This document shows positions 39,895 through 50,533 of a DNA stretch of 64,000 bases, in pieces (position 1 is the first letter of the stretch; each line of letters opens with the position of its first letter). The position numbers and the translations under genes were made by a program. The stretch lies in assembly GCA_025210345.1 (NCBI GenBank), contig JAOARX010000013.1, positions 143,135 through 207,134 on the forward strand. The letters are read 5' to 3'. The DNA is from Pelagimonas sp. (GTDB lineage Bacteria > Pseudomonadota > Alphaproteobacteria > Rhodobacterales > Rhodobacteraceae). A model generated the notes under the pieces. The model saw only the letters and a program-made list of their open reading frames with translations, made no database searches and was not told the origin of the DNA.

Positions 39895-40905
39895 CTAGCC
39901 CCCGGTATGGCTCATGTGCCGCGACATGGTGCCGCCAACCGTCTGGCGGGAATAGTCGAAATCATGCCCCTTGGGTTTCAGCCGGATGGCCGCGCGAATG
40001 GCCTCTTCGAGCGCCAGATCATCTTCGGGGTGGTTGCGCAACGCGGCGCGCAGATCGGCCTTGTCTTCCTGGCCCAGGCACATGAACAGCTCGCCCGTGC
40101 AGGTCATCCGCACGCGGTTGCAGCTTTCGCAAAAGTTATGGCTCAGCGGGGTGATAAACCCGATTTTCTGACCGGTTTCTTCCAGCCGGACATAGCGCGC
40201 CGGCCCGCCCGAGCTTTCGCTAAGGTCGGTCAATGTATACTGCTGCGCCAACCGTGCGCGCAGATCGGTCAGTTTCCAGTATTGATCCAGACGATAGTCG
40301 CTGCCCATGTCGCCCCCCATGGGCATGACCTCGATCCAGGTCAGATCCAGATCGCGCGCCGCACACCATTCGGTCAGGGTAAAAAGCTCGTCTTCGTTGA
40401 ACCCTTTCACCGCGACGGCGTTCAGCTTGACCCGCATGCCCGCGTCCTGCGCGGCATCAATCCCCTTAAGAACCTGAGGCAAACGCCCCCAGCGGGTGAT
40501 ATCCGTGAACTTTTGTTCATCCAGCGTGTCCAGCGACACATTCACCCGCCGCACACCGGCCTGTGCCAGATCGCCGGCGTATTTCGCCAGTTGCGATCCA
40601 TTGGTGGTCAGCGTCAGTTCCTTCAACGCGCCGCTGTCCAGATGCCGGGTCATCGCCCGGAAAAAGGTCATGATATCACGACGCACAAGCGGTTCGCCCC
40701 CGGTGATCCGCAGTTTCTCGACCCCCAGGTTCACAAAGGTCGAACACATGCGATCCAGCTCTTCCAGGGTCAAAAGCTCTTTCTTGGGCAAAAAGCTCAT
40801 GTTTTCGGACATGCAATAGACACAGCGGAAATCACAGCGGTCCGTCACGGAGACGCGCAGATATGAGATCGGACGGTGGAACGGGTCGATAAGCGGGGCT
40901 GTCAT
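39895..40905 (-). CDS. moaA: GTP 3',8-cyclase (molybdenum cofactor biosynthesis protein A)
   Basis: Radical-SAM CDFRCVYC cluster and C-terminal second Cys cluster. 336 aa. Confidence 0.9.
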   Translation of the reverse strand: MTAPLIDPFHRPISYLRVSVTDRCDFRCVYCMSENMSFLPKKELLTLEELDRMCSTFVNLGVEKLRITGGEPLVRRDIMTFFRAMTRHLDSGALKELTLTTNGSQLAKYAGDLAQAGVRRVNVSLDTLDEQKFTDITRWGRLPQVLKGIDAAQDAGMRVKLNAVAVKGFNEDELFTLTEWCAARDLDLTWIEVMPMGGDMGSDYRLDQYWKLTDLRARLAQQYTLTDLSESSGGPARYVRLEETGQKIGFITPLSHNFCESCNRVRMTCTGELFMCLGQEDKADLRAALRNHPEDDLALEEAIRAAIRLKPKGHDFDYSRQTVGGTMSRHMSHTGG

Positions 40906-40991
40906 GCGAGAAACCTAGTGATGCGCGGAAACATGAGCAAGCCTAGCGCACGTGATTGTCATTTTGCAGCCCAGACCATAGATGTAGAGAT

Positions 40992-41507
40992 ATGCGCCTA
41001 GGATTGATTATACTTGCTTCTCTTGCCCTTGCCGGTTGCGCAAAGGGGCCTTTCTCGCAAACATCTCAGGCCGTGCCCACGGCCGAGACCCCCGCACAGC
41101 CCGCGCAAGACGGCGCGATTCGGCCCCAATCGCGGCCCTCAGAGATCTCTGTGGCCCCGGCTCCGCCGAAAAATGCCCGTACCGCTGAGCAATTTGACAC
41201 CACGACAGCCTCAGAGCGCCAAGAGGCCGCGGCTGTCCCCACCGCCACCAGCGAACGCGCCTTGGGCGAAACCATTGCCAGCCTGGGCGATGTGTCCAAA
41301 CCCGGCTTCTGGTTGGAAACCCCCTTGGTGTCCGAACCCACGCAGGGGCGCGTGCTTTTCCCCGGCAGCGGGAAATCCGCCCAGGTTGACTTGATCCCGA
41401 TTGAGGGCCCCGCCACGGCGGGCAGCCGAATTTCGCTTGCCGCCATGCGCCTGATCGAAGCGCCGCTGACCGATCTGCCCACGCTCAAAGTCTTTGCCGG
41501 AGGATAA
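40992..41507 (+). CDS. Hypothetical lipoprotein
   Basis: Lipobox LALAGC, Pro/Ala-rich linker, ~90-aa C-terminal domain of unknown function. Confidence 0.55.
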   Translation: MRLGLIILASLALAGCAKGPFSQTSQAVPTAETPAQPAQDGAIRPQSRPSEISVAPAPPKNARTAEQFDTTTASERQEAAAVPTATSERALGETIASLGDVSKPGFWLETPLVSEPTQGRVLFPGSGKSAQVDLIPIEGPATAGSRISLAAMRLIEAPLTDLPTLKVFAGG

Positions 41508-41510
41508 ACC

Positions 41511-42236
41511 ATGATCAAACGCGCCGCTTTTCTTGGGGCCTTGATGGCCTCGCCGGTGATGGCCCAGCAAGAGGCGCAGGACTTTGTCCAATCCAACATC
41601 ATTGGCATCTTTTATCACGAATTGGGCCACGCGCTGATCGACATCGAAGGCATCCCGATTTTCGGCCAGGAAGAAGACGCCGCCGATGTGTTCTCGATCT
41701 TCCTGATTGACGCGATGTTCGAAGAGGAAAGCGCGCTGGATCTGGCCTATGATGCGTCGTTTGGCTTTCTGGGTGAGGCCATCTTGCGCGGCGGGGACGC
41801 CGAAGACGTCGCCTGGTGGGATGTTCACGGACCGGACGAACAGCGGTTTTATAACACGGTTTGCCTGTTCTACGGCGCCGACCCTGAGGCACGCGAAGAC
41901 TTTGCTCAGGACATGGACCTTCCCCAAGAGCGGGCCGACTATTGTCCGGACGAATATGACGCCGCCAGCCAAAGCTGGGGGGGCATCATGGAGGACTTGA
42001 TGGACCGGGGCGCGGGCACCTCAATTCGTTTTGAGGGGTCGACCGCGACCCCCACGCACGAATGGGTGGCCGAAGAGGTCACAGCCCTGAACGAGAACCT
42101 GACCCTGTCCGCCCCGCTGACTGTCCGGGTTGAGGCCTGCGGTGAGGCCAACGCATTTTACGACTCCAATGATCAGAGCATCACGGTTTGCACCGAGTTT
42201 GCAGACCACCTGTTCGAGATGTTCGATCAGCTTTAA
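41511..42236 (+). CDS. Secreted putative metallopeptidase (DUF4344 family, HExxH)
   Basis: Signal peptide plus FYHELGHALID zinc-binding motif. 4-nt gap from the preceding lipoprotein gene. Confidence 0.65.
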   Translation: MIKRAAFLGALMASPVMAQQEAQDFVQSNIIGIFYHELGHALIDIEGIPIFGQEEDAADVFSIFLIDAMFEEESALDLAYDASFGFLGEAILRGGDAEDVAWWDVHGPDEQRFYNTVCLFYGADPEAREDFAQDMDLPQERADYCPDEYDAASQSWGGIMEDLMDRGAGTSIRFEGSTATPTHEWVAEEVTALNENLTLSAPLTVRVEACGEANAFYDSNDQSITVCTEFADHLFEMFDQL

Positions 42237-42919
42237 TCTGCTTTGGGCAGATACTTTTCCGCTTCTTTGCGGGCGAATTTCTTCATCTTGGGGGCATGTG
42301 CCGCCATAAACGCCCGCACGCGATCGGGGTCGTGCTTTGAAAGCTCACGCAGCCACCAGGCCACGGATTTCTGGATAAACCATTCGGGATCATAGATATA
42401 GTCTGCCGCCCAGCCCAAGATCCGTTCCCGGGCGGCCCGTTCGGCCTCGGTTGGGTGGTTTTGCTTGGTCCAGGGAAGGGTCATGACCATCGCCGCGCGC
42501 TTGGTCCAATGATTGTCCGATTGGGTCCAGGTTTCGACCACGTCCAGGCGCGCGGGATCGGCGGTCAAGCGCCGCGCCCCGGCGGAACAGGCGTGATCGG
42601 CGATGGCCCATGCATCAAAATCCGGCACCCAGGACACAATCAACTCCCAAACCGCGTCATCGGGGCGGATGCGCGCCTGGGTCAGCAGTTTGGCTGCGCA
42701 GACGCGGGCTTCGTGGATGTTGGTCTGCCACAGCCCATCCGCCAGCGCGACCCGTGCGTCCAGGTCCAGCGCCTTGCGCCAATCCCGGCTCAGGTCATTG
42801 AGGACGGGATTCGGGCAGCCCAAATAGGTGCGCGGCACCTTGTGATAATCGGCCATGCCCTGCGCGCGGGTCGGATCGCCCGCAGATGTGATGGCCTCTA
42901 GGGCGTCGTCCAGCGTCAT
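42233..42919 (-). CDS. DNA alkylation repair protein (AlkD-like HEAT-repeat fold)
   Basis: 228 aa. Characteristic WW..R/W-rich helical repeats (WAIADHACS, WFIQKSVAWWLRE). Confidence 0.7.
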   Translation of the reverse strand: MTLDDALEAITSAGDPTRAQGMADYHKVPRTYLGCPNPVLNDLSRDWRKALDLDARVALADGLWQTNIHEARVCAAKLLTQARIRPDDAVWELIVSWVPDFDAWAIADHACSAGARRLTADPARLDVVETWTQSDNHWTKRAAMVMTLPWTKQNHPTEAERAARERILGWAADYIYDPEWFIQKSVAWWLRELSKHDPDRVRAFMAAHAPKMKKFARKEAEKYLPKAD

Positions 42920-42967
42920 AAGTCACCTCAAAGTAAAAGCCCCAGCGATGGGCCGGGGCTTTTGCGT

Positions 42968-44785
42968 TTACTCGACCGTGACCGATTTGGCCAGATTGCG
43001 TGGCTGGTCGACGTCGGTCCCCTTGGCCACCGCCGTATGATAGGCCAGCAACTGCGCCGGCAGCGCATAGAGCAAAGGCGCCAGCACGTCGTGCACTTCG
43101 GGCAGGACGATGGTTTTCCAGGCTTCGGCCCCGGCGATCTCGGCCCCGGCGGCATCGGTGACAAGACAGATCCGCCCGCCGCGCGCCATGACCTCTTGCA
43201 TGTTCGAAATGGTCTTTTCGAACAGCGCGTCCTTCGGCGCCATGACCACGATGGGCACATGTTGATCAACCAGGGCAATCGGCCCATGCTTGAGTTCGCC
43301 CGAGGCATAGGCTTCGGCGTGGATATAGCTGATTTCCTTGAGCTTCAGCGCCCCCTCCAACGCGAGCGGGTACATCAACCCGCGTCCAAGGAACAAGATA
43401 TCGCGCGCCTCGGCCAACTCTTGTGAGACCTCTTCCATCGTGCTGTTGCGATCCAGAGCAGCATTGACCACCCCCGGAAGCGCACGCAGGGCGCCCAGGA
43501 TTTCGTCGCTTTTGGCGGCACTCATGCGGCCGCGATCCTGCGCGGCTTTCAGCGCCAGCATCAGCAGCACGGTCAACTGGCAGGTAAAGGCCTTGGTCGA
43601 GGCCACGCCGATTTCGGTGCCCGCGTGAATGGGCAGTGCCAGATCGCTTTCACGTGCGATCGAGCTTTCCGGCACATTCACCACGGAGAAAATCTTGTCC
43701 GCCTTGCCCGCGCAATAGCGCAGCGCCGCAAGCGTATCGGCGGTTTCGCCGGATTGCGACACGAACAGCGCGGCGGTGCCCGGTGTGATCGGCGGTTCAC
43801 GATAGCGGAATTCCGAAGCGACATCGGTTTCAACCGGGATGCCCGCCAATTGTTCGAACCAGTATTTCGCGGTGAAACACGCATAGTAGGCCGTGCCACA
43901 GGCGACCATGGTCAGGCGGTCGATCTTGGTGAAATCAATGCCCGGATCGGGCAGTGTGATCGCGTCGCCCTTAAGGTAGGCCCCAATTGCGTCCGACAGC
44001 ACAGTGGGCTGTTCCGCGATCTCTTTGGCCATGAAATGCTTGTGGCCCGCTTTGTCGATCTGCGCTTGATCCAGACGGATCACGCGTTTTTCGCGGTTGG
44101 CCAGTTCGCCGTTTTCATCACGGATCTCGATGCTTGTGCGGGTCAGAACCACGCGGTCGCCCTCTTCGAGATAGGTGATCTGATCGGTCATCGGCGCCAG
44201 GGCGATGGCGTCGGACCCCACGTACATTTCGCCGTCTCCATGCCCGATCGCCAGGGGCGAGCCCTTGCGCGCCGCAACCATCAGATCCTCTTCGCCATCA
44301 AACAGGAAGGCCAGCGCAAAGGCACCCTCCAGCTGGTCAATGGTGGCCATGGCCGCGTCCACAGGGGACATGCCCTGATCAATGTGGCGCTGGGTCAGCA
44401 AGGCGACGGTTTCGGTATCGGTTTCAGTCTGGGCCTCGATGCCATGCGCGGCAAGATCGGCGCGTAACTCTTTGTAATTTTCCACAATTCCGTTGTGAAC
44501 AACCGCCACTTTCCCCGCGCGGTGGGGATGGGCATTGGTGGTCGACGGCGCACCATGGGTGGCCCAGCGGGTGTGGCCGATGCCGGATTTTCCCAAGAGC
44601 GGCTCATGCACCAGAAGGTCCGAAAGGTTGACCAGTTTGCCAACCGCGCGGCGGCGCTCCAACTTGCCATTATTGACGGTCGCAATGCCCGCGCTGTCAT
44701 AGCCGCGATACTCAAGCCGCTTGAGCGACTCGACAAGAATGGGGGAGACTTCGTGGGTTCCCAATACGCCAACAATGCCGCACAT
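42968..44785 (-). CDS. glmS: Glutamine--fructose-6-phosphate aminotransferase
   Basis: MCGIVGVLG N-terminal nucleophile. Two SIS domains. Ends with the conserved VE tail (KSVTVE). Confidence 0.95.
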   Translation of the reverse strand: MCGIVGVLGTHEVSPILVESLKRLEYRGYDSAGIATVNNGKLERRRAVGKLVNLSDLLVHEPLLGKSGIGHTRWATHGAPSTTNAHPHRAGKVAVVHNGIVENYKELRADLAAHGIEAQTETDTETVALLTQRHIDQGMSPVDAAMATIDQLEGAFALAFLFDGEEDLMVAARKGSPLAIGHGDGEMYVGSDAIALAPMTDQITYLEEGDRVVLTRTSIEIRDENGELANREKRVIRLDQAQIDKAGHKHFMAKEIAEQPTVLSDAIGAYLKGDAITLPDPGIDFTKIDRLTMVACGTAYYACFTAKYWFEQLAGIPVETDVASEFRYREPPITPGTAALFVSQSGETADTLAALRYCAGKADKIFSVVNVPESSIARESDLALPIHAGTEIGVASTKAFTCQLTVLLMLALKAAQDRGRMSAAKSDEILGALRALPGVVNAALDRNSTMEEVSQELAEARDILFLGRGLMYPLALEGALKLKEISYIHAEAYASGELKHGPIALVDQHVPIVVMAPKDALFEKTISNMQEVMARGGRICLVTDAAGAEIAGAEAWKTIVLPEVHDVLAPLLYALPAQLLAYHTAVAKGTDVDQPRNLAKSVTVE

Positions 44786-44806
44786 CTTATTGTTTCCCTT
44801 CGTAAA

Positions 44807-46156
44807 TTACTTGGCTTGCTCTTTGGCCTTGCGGGCCTTGAGCATTTTGAAAAGCTTGGTAGCGAGGCCAGGTTTGATCTCTTGCTTGCCGCGTGCCAGC
44901 GCCAGCGCCCCGTCAGGCACGTTCTCGGTGATGACCGATCCGCTGGCTGTCATACCGCCCGCGCCGATGGTCACAGGGGCCACCAGCATGGTGTTGGACC
45001 CGATAAAGGCCCCGGCACCGATGGTGGTTTTATGCTTAAAGACACCGTCATAGTTGCAGGTGATTGTCCCGGCGCCAATATTGGTGCCCGCGCCGATGTC
45101 CGCATCGCCGATATAGGTTAGATGATTGGCCTTAACGCCTTCATGTAACACGGCTTTCTTGATTTCGACAAAGTTGCCGACATGCACGTTCTCGGCCAGT
45201 TCAGCCCCCGGACGCAGGCGTGCATAGGGGCCGACCACCGACCCGCGGCTGACATGCGCGCCCTCAAGATGGGAAAACGCCCGAATATGCGCCCCGCTTT
45301 CAACGGTCACATCGGGGCCAAAGACAACGTTCTGTTCCACTTCGCAATCGCGACCGATGACCGTGTCCCAAGCCAGATGAACTGTCTCAGGCGCTGGCAG
45401 GGTGATGCCGTTTTCCAGCAGTTCGGCGCGCCTGCGCCTTTGGAACGCCGCTTCGGCTGCGGCCAGATCCGCGCGCGAATTCACCCCCAGTGTTTCGGCT
45501 TCGGCGCATTGCACAACGGTCGCGCTCAGCCCCTGTTCGCGGGCAATCCCCACGATGTCGGTCAGATAGTATTCCCCACTGGCATTGTCGTTTCCAACCG
45601 CCTCGATCAGGGAAAAAAGCACTTGCGCATCAGCGGCAATCACGCCTGAGTTGCAAAGCGTTATGGTGCGTTCTTGATCCGATGCGTCCTTGAACTCGAC
45701 GATGCGTTCCAAGCTGTTGCCCTGGGTGACCAGGCGCCCGTAACGCGCCGGATCTGCAGCCTCAAAGCCCAGCACCACCACGTCGTGGGATGTGCGGGCC
45801 TCGGCCATGGCGGTCAGGGTCTCTTGGCTGATAAAGGGCGTGTCCCCATATAGGACGATCGCATCCCCGCGAAAGCCCTCAAGCGCCGGGCGGGCCTGCG
45901 CCACGGCGTGGCCTGTTCCCAACTGTTCGGTTTGCAAAACGACCTGGGCGGTCGGGTCAAAATCCCGGGCGCTGGCCTGAACCAGATCGGCCCCGTGCCC
46001 GGCAACGACCACCGTGTGCGCGGGCTCCAGCGCGGCACCGGCGCGCATGGCATGCCACAGCATGGGCGCATGGGCGATCTTGTGCAGGACTTTCGGCAGG
46101 TCCGATTTCATCCGCGTGCCCTTGCCCGCGGCGAGAACGATCAAAGCAATGCTCAT
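44807..46156 (-). CDS. glmU: Bifunctional UDP-GlcNAc pyrophosphorylase / GlcN-1-P acetyltransferase
   Basis: LAAGKGTRMKSDLPKVLH nucleotidyltransferase motif plus C-terminal left-handed beta-helix hexapeptide repeats. Confidence 0.9.
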   Translation of the reverse strand: MSIALIVLAAGKGTRMKSDLPKVLHKIAHAPMLWHAMRAGAALEPAHTVVVAGHGADLVQASARDFDPTAQVVLQTEQLGTGHAVAQARPALEGFRGDAIVLYGDTPFISQETLTAMAEARTSHDVVVLGFEAADPARYGRLVTQGNSLERIVEFKDASDQERTITLCNSGVIAADAQVLFSLIEAVGNDNASGEYYLTDIVGIAREQGLSATVVQCAEAETLGVNSRADLAAAEAAFQRRRRAELLENGITLPAPETVHLAWDTVIGRDCEVEQNVVFGPDVTVESGAHIRAFSHLEGAHVSRGSVVGPYARLRPGAELAENVHVGNFVEIKKAVLHEGVKANHLTYIGDADIGAGTNIGAGTITCNYDGVFKHKTTIGAGAFIGSNTMLVAPVTIGAGGMTASGSVITENVPDGALALARGKQEIKPGLATKLFKMLKARKAKEQAK

Positions 46157-46321
46157 GTTGCAATCCGGTTTATCTTTCAGTTATGGCCGTTTTAATGGTC
46201 TGACACGTCAGGGCAAGCCGCCTTTGCTCACGCAGTATTGCGAGTTGTGACAATGCGGGATGATCTGCAACGGATTGGCAACCTGCCGGTGACACGGTGG
46301 CAAAAAAATAGGCGGGGCGCG

Positions 46322-46984
46322 ATGCGTTGTGTGATTTTCGATCTTGATGGGACATTGGCCGACACCAGCGGCGATCTGTTGGCGGCGGCCAATCACTGCT
46401 TTGAGCGCATGGGAGAAGAGGTGCGCCTGACCCCCCAATCCGACGCGGGCATTGCCCTGCGCGGCGGGCGTGCGATGTTGACGGCGGGTCTGACCCGCGC
46501 GGGTCGTATGTCAGAAGATCTGGTCAGTAAATGGTATCCCGAACTGCTCGGCGCCTATGAGGCGTCGATTGATATGCACAGCCGTTTCTATCCCGGCGCG
46601 CTTGAGGCGGTCGAAACCCTGCGCAGCCGCGGCTATGCTGTGGGCATTTGCACCAACAAGCCCGAGGCCCTGGCCGAAAAGCTGATGCGGTCCATGGGCG
46701 CGCGCGATTTGTTTGGCTCGCTGATCGGCGCGGATACGCTCAGCACGCACAAGCCCGATGTTGCGCCCTATTGGGCCGCTGTCGATCAGGCCGGGGGCAG
46801 CCGGTACCGTTCGCTTTTGGTGGGGGATTCGGACACGGATCGCAATACGGCCAAGGCGGCGGGCGTGCCCAGCATCCTTGTGACCTTTGCGCCGCCGGGA
46901 CAGGCGGTGCGCGCGTTAAAGCCCGAGGGGATCATTGATCACTTTGACGATCTGCCCGCTGAGGTTGAGCGTTTGATCGGTTAG
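46322..46984 (+). CDS. HAD-superfamily hydrolase (phosphoglycolate phosphatase-like)
   Basis: MRCVIFDLDGTLADT motif I and GDSDTD motif IV. The ORF caller starts 28 codons upstream. Confidence 0.75.
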   Translation: MRCVIFDLDGTLADTSGDLLAAANHCFERMGEEVRLTPQSDAGIALRGGRAMLTAGLTRAGRMSEDLVSKWYPELLGAYEASIDMHSRFYPGALEAVETLRSRGYAVGICTNKPEALAEKLMRSMGARDLFGSLIGADTLSTHKPDVAPYWAAVDQAGGSRYRSLLVGDSDTDRNTAKAAGVPSILVTFAPPGQAVRALKPEGIIDHFDDLPAEVERLIG

Positions 46985-47146
46985 CACCTTGGGGTCGCGC
47001 GTGCCAAATCAGGCCTCGGGAATCTGGGTATCATAAGCGGCATTTTTCCCGTGTTTGCGACATGAGGTGCCATTCCTTGCGCGGCAGGCGCGGTGAATGG
47101 GCAATGCATCATTGACCTTGCAACGGGGCAGGCGCACAAAAGCCGT

Positions 47147-48340
47147 ATGAGCGAGATCTTCAAAGGCAATTTCACCCAACAAGAACCGATCCCCGAGCAG
47201 GGCATCGAGGCCGCATTGCGCGTGATGCAATCGGGACGGTTGCATCGTTACAACGTCGCACAGGGAGAGATCTCTGAAGCGGCGCTGCTTGAACAAGAGT
47301 TTGCCGCCTATACCGGTGCAAAATACTGTATCGGGGTGGCGTCCGGGGGCTATGCCCTGGCCTGTGCGTTGCGTGCGGTCGGGGTCAGGCCCGGCGACCG
47401 CGTGCTGACCAATGCTTTTACCCTCGCGCCGGTGCCGGGGGCCATCGCCAGCACCGGGGCCGTGCCGGTGTTTGTCGGCGTGACCGAAGGTCTGGTGATT
47501 GATCTTGACGATCTGGAAACCAGGATTGACGGGGCGGGGTGCCTGGTGCTGTCACATATGCGCGGGCATCTGTGTGATATGGATCGCCTGATGCAGATCT
47601 GTGATGCCGCCGGCGTGATCGTGATCGAAGATTGCGCCCACACGATGGGGGCGACGTGGAACGGGGTGCCGTCGGGCCGTCACGGCGCCGTGGGGTGCTA
47701 TTCGACCCAGACTTACAAACACATGAACTCGGGCGAAGGCGGTTTGCTGATCACCGATGATGATCAGATCGCGGCCCGTGCGACCATGCTGTCGGGATCC
47801 TACATGCTGTATGATCGCCATCTGGTGGCGCCCGACCCGCAGGTCTTTGAGGCGATCAAATACGATACGCCCAATGTGTCGGGCCGGATTGACAATCTGC
47901 GCGCCGCGATCTTGCGGCCGCAGCTGGCGGATCTGGATGCCCAGGTGGCGCGGTGGAACGACCGCTACCGCGTGGTCGAAGAGGGGTTGCAAGGCACGCC
48001 CGGCCTGACCTTGATCGACCGGCCCAAAGCGGGGGTCTATGTCGGTTCCTCGATCCAGTTTCTCTTGCTGGACTGGTCAGCGGACAAGATCGCAGACGTG
48101 CTGGCGCGTTGTTTGGCGCGCGGGGTTGAGCTCAAGTGGTTTGGCGGTGACGAACCCAATGGCTTTACCAGCCGCTATGACAGTTGGCGCTATGCCCCGT
48201 CAGAGCGCATGCCCGCAAGCGATCGCGTGTTGCGCGGGATCATCGACATGCGTCTGCCTTTGACCTTCAGCCTTGAGGATTGCGCCCAGATCGCCCGGAT
48301 CATCCGCGCCGAAGTGGGCGCCGTTTGGCAAGGCGCATAA
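47147..48340 (+). CDS. DegT/DnrJ/EryC1/StrS-family PLP aminotransferase
   Basis: About 398 aa with the DegT fold. Isolated, with no sugar-biosynthesis partners in the window. Confidence 0.8.
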   Translation: MSEIFKGNFTQQEPIPEQGIEAALRVMQSGRLHRYNVAQGEISEAALLEQEFAAYTGAKYCIGVASGGYALACALRAVGVRPGDRVLTNAFTLAPVPGAIASTGAVPVFVGVTEGLVIDLDDLETRIDGAGCLVLSHMRGHLCDMDRLMQICDAAGVIVIEDCAHTMGATWNGVPSGRHGAVGCYSTQTYKHMNSGEGGLLITDDDQIAARATMLSGSYMLYDRHLVAPDPQVFEAIKYDTPNVSGRIDNLRAAILRPQLADLDAQVARWNDRYRVVEEGLQGTPGLTLIDRPKAGVYVGSSIQFLLLDWSADKIADVLARCLARGVELKWFGGDEPNGFTSRYDSWRYAPSERMPASDRVLRGIIDMRLPLTFSLEDCAQIARIIRAEVGAVWQGA

Positions 48341-48567
48341 GCGCCGTGTCTTGCGGGGGGCGTCAGGCAGGTCTCAGAATTCAGAATCCTGTGACCCAAT
48401 GAGGGGCGGTGCCAAATAGTGCGCCTGTGATCCACGCCCTATGCGCGTCGTGCTGGGTGCGATCAATCCTTAACGCAATGAATTTAAAGGAAAACACCCT
48501 CTGCGCCTCGTGTCGCAGGGGGCTTTGCCGTACCGGGGATTGACCCGAATCTGCATTCCGGCTTAGA

Positions 48568-48585
48568 AATGAACAAGCGTTCATT
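48568..48585. promoter_or_regulatory. Candidate operator AATGAAC-AAGC-GTTCATT just upstream of the ivd RBS
   Basis: 7-bp perfect inverted repeat with a 4-bp spacer, 20 bp before the ivd ATG in an AT-rich leader. Confidence 0.4.
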
Positions 48586-48604
48586 AAATCTGGAGGAGTG
48601 GCGC

Positions 48605-49768
48605 ATGTTCATGGGCTCGATGGAGTTTGACCTGGGCGAAGACGTAAATGCCCTGCGTGAGATGGTGCACAAATGGGCGCAAGAACGCCTCAAGCCGATG
48701 GCGGCGAAAATCGATCTCGACAATGAGTTCCCCAATGAACTGTGGGAAGAAATGGGCGAGCTGGGCCTGCTGGGCGTCACCGTAGCCGAAGAATACGGCG
48801 GTGCGGGCATGGGCTATCTGGCGCATTGCGTGGTGGTCGAAGAGCTGGCGCGCGTGTCGGCCTCGGTCTCGCTGTCCTATGGGGCGCATTCGAACCTCTG
48901 CGTGAACCAGATCAAACTGAACGCCACCCACGAGCAAAAGATGAAATATCTGCCCGATCTGGTGTCGGGCAAAAAGATCGGCGCATTGGCCATGTCTGAA
49001 CCCGGTGCGGGATCGGATGTTGTGTCGATGAAGCTGCGCGCGGAAAAGCGCAATGACCGCTATGTTCTGAATGGCAACAAATACTGGATCACCAACGGTC
49101 CGGATGCTCATACATTGGTCGTCTATGCCAAGACCGATCCGGATGCGGGATCCAAGGGCATCACCACCTTTCTGATTGACAAGGACATGGAGGGGTTCTC
49201 GACCAGCCCGCATTTCGACAAGATGGGGATGCGTGGGTCGAACACCGCCGAGCTGATTTTTGACAATGTCGAAGTGCCCTTTGAGAACGTGCTGGGCGAA
49301 GAGGGCAAGGGCGTGCGCGTTCTGATGTCGGGTCTGGATTACGAGCGCACCGTTCTGGCGGCCATCGGGCCGGGCATCATGGCGGGCTGCATGGACGAGG
49401 TCATGCCCTATATGGTCGAGCGCAAACAGTTCGGTCAGCCGATCGGGAACTTCCAGCTGATGCAGGGTAAGATCGCCGATATGTACACCAAGATGAACTC
49501 GGCCCGTGCCTATGTCTACGAAGTCGCCAAGGCCTGTGATCGCGGTCAGGTGACCCGTCAGGACGCGGCGGCCTGCTGTCTGTATGCCTCGGAAGAGGCG
49601 ATGGTTGTCGCGCATCAGGCGGTTCAGGCCTTTGGTGGCGCGGGCTTTTTGTCGGACGCGCCGGTGGGCCGCTTTTTCCGCGATGCCAAGCTGATGGAAA
49701 TCGGCGCGGGCACCTCGGAAATCCGTCGTATGCTGATCGGGCGGGAACTGATGGCAGGGCAGGCCTGA
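48605..49768 (+). CDS. ivd: Isovaleryl-CoA dehydrogenase
   Basis: Acyl-CoA dehydrogenase with IVD-type N-terminus [13 protein letters not shown] and catalytic-region YERTVLAA. First gene of the liu cluster. Confidence 0.9.
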   Translation: MFMGSMEFDLGEDVNALREMVHKWAQERLKPMAAKIDLDNEFPNELWEEMGELGLLGVTVAEEYGGAGMGYLAHCVVVEELARVSASVSLSYGAHSNLCVNQIKLNATHEQKMKYLPDLVSGKKIGALAMSEPGAGSDVVSMKLRAEKRNDRYVLNGNKYWITNGPDAHTLVVYAKTDPDAGSKGITTFLIDKDMEGFSTSPHFDKMGMRGSNTAELIFDNVEVPFENVLGEEGKGVRVLMSGLDYERTVLAAIGPGIMAGCMDEVMPYMVERKQFGQPIGNFQLMQGKIADMYTKMNSARAYVYEVAKACDRGQVTRQDAAACCLYASEEAMVVAHQAVQAFGGAGFLSDAPVGRFFRDAKLMEIGAGTSEIRRMLIGRELMAGQA

Positions 49769-49837
49769 TCCTATGGCAGGGCAGGCCTGATCCTTGAGAT
49801 CACTGGGGACATCATCGGACGCATCGGGGGGCTGGGA

Positions 49838-50461
49838 ATGAAATACGTCGCAATACGCCTGTTGATGTGTCTGGTGGCGGGTCTGGCCGGGGCGGCCGCG
49901 CATGCGGATGAGCCGCCCAAGCTGGCGCCCTTGCCCAGTTTTGAAATCTGCATCGACAAAGAGCTTGCACGGTTCGAACGCGCCCTCACACGGCATCACG
50001 CCAGTCAGCGCGCGGGCAGCGCGGTGCAGGAGTTCGAAATCGGCGGCGTGACCGGGGTCGATCTATGCGGGGCGATTGGCATCACGAATTGTGATCGCTC
50101 TGGCGATACCATCCCGTGCCAACGGGATCTGCGGCTGCGGCAAGAGGCGCTTTTCGCCCGGGTTTCTGCCGCGCTGCCACATCCGGATGCGATTGTGGGC
50201 GGGCAGCAGAACTGGCTTGGCGATCTTTACGCGCGGGTGTTCGCGCTGGCCCATGGCGGATCCGCGGGGCCGGATTGTGCAGGGGATCACGAGGCGCGGC
50301 AGGTCTGGTGTGAAAGCTGGGAGGCCAACCGCACGCTGGCCTCGGCCATTCTGGCCTGGCAGGTGGCGCGGTATCTGGGGCAGGTGCCGTCGGCCATCGC
50401 ACAGGGCTGGGCCCACGAACCGCCCCCCACACGCCCCCGCGCCCGCGGGGATGCCGCCTGA
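49838..50461 (+). CDS. Hypothetical secreted protein
   Basis: Signal peptide MKYVAIRLLMCLVAGLAGAAAHA. No recognisable domain. Cys-containing. Confidence 0.5.
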   Translation: MKYVAIRLLMCLVAGLAGAAAHADEPPKLAPLPSFEICIDKELARFERALTRHHASQRAGSAVQEFEIGGVTGVDLCGAIGITNCDRSGDTIPCQRDLRLRQEALFARVSAALPHPDAIVGGQQNWLGDLYARVFALAHGGSAGPDCAGDHEARQVWCESWEANRTLASAILAWQVARYLGQVPSAIAQGWAHEPPPTRPRARGDAA

Positions 50462-50533
50462 AAGGGCAGCTGAATTCTGGCACAGGGGTGCCGTAAGTCT
50501 TCTCTTGGAAACAAGAGGTTAGGGAGGAAGATT

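Noticed and set aside
48584-49999. 471-aa minus-strand ORF
   Set aside because: Antisense to isovaleryl-CoA dehydrogenase.
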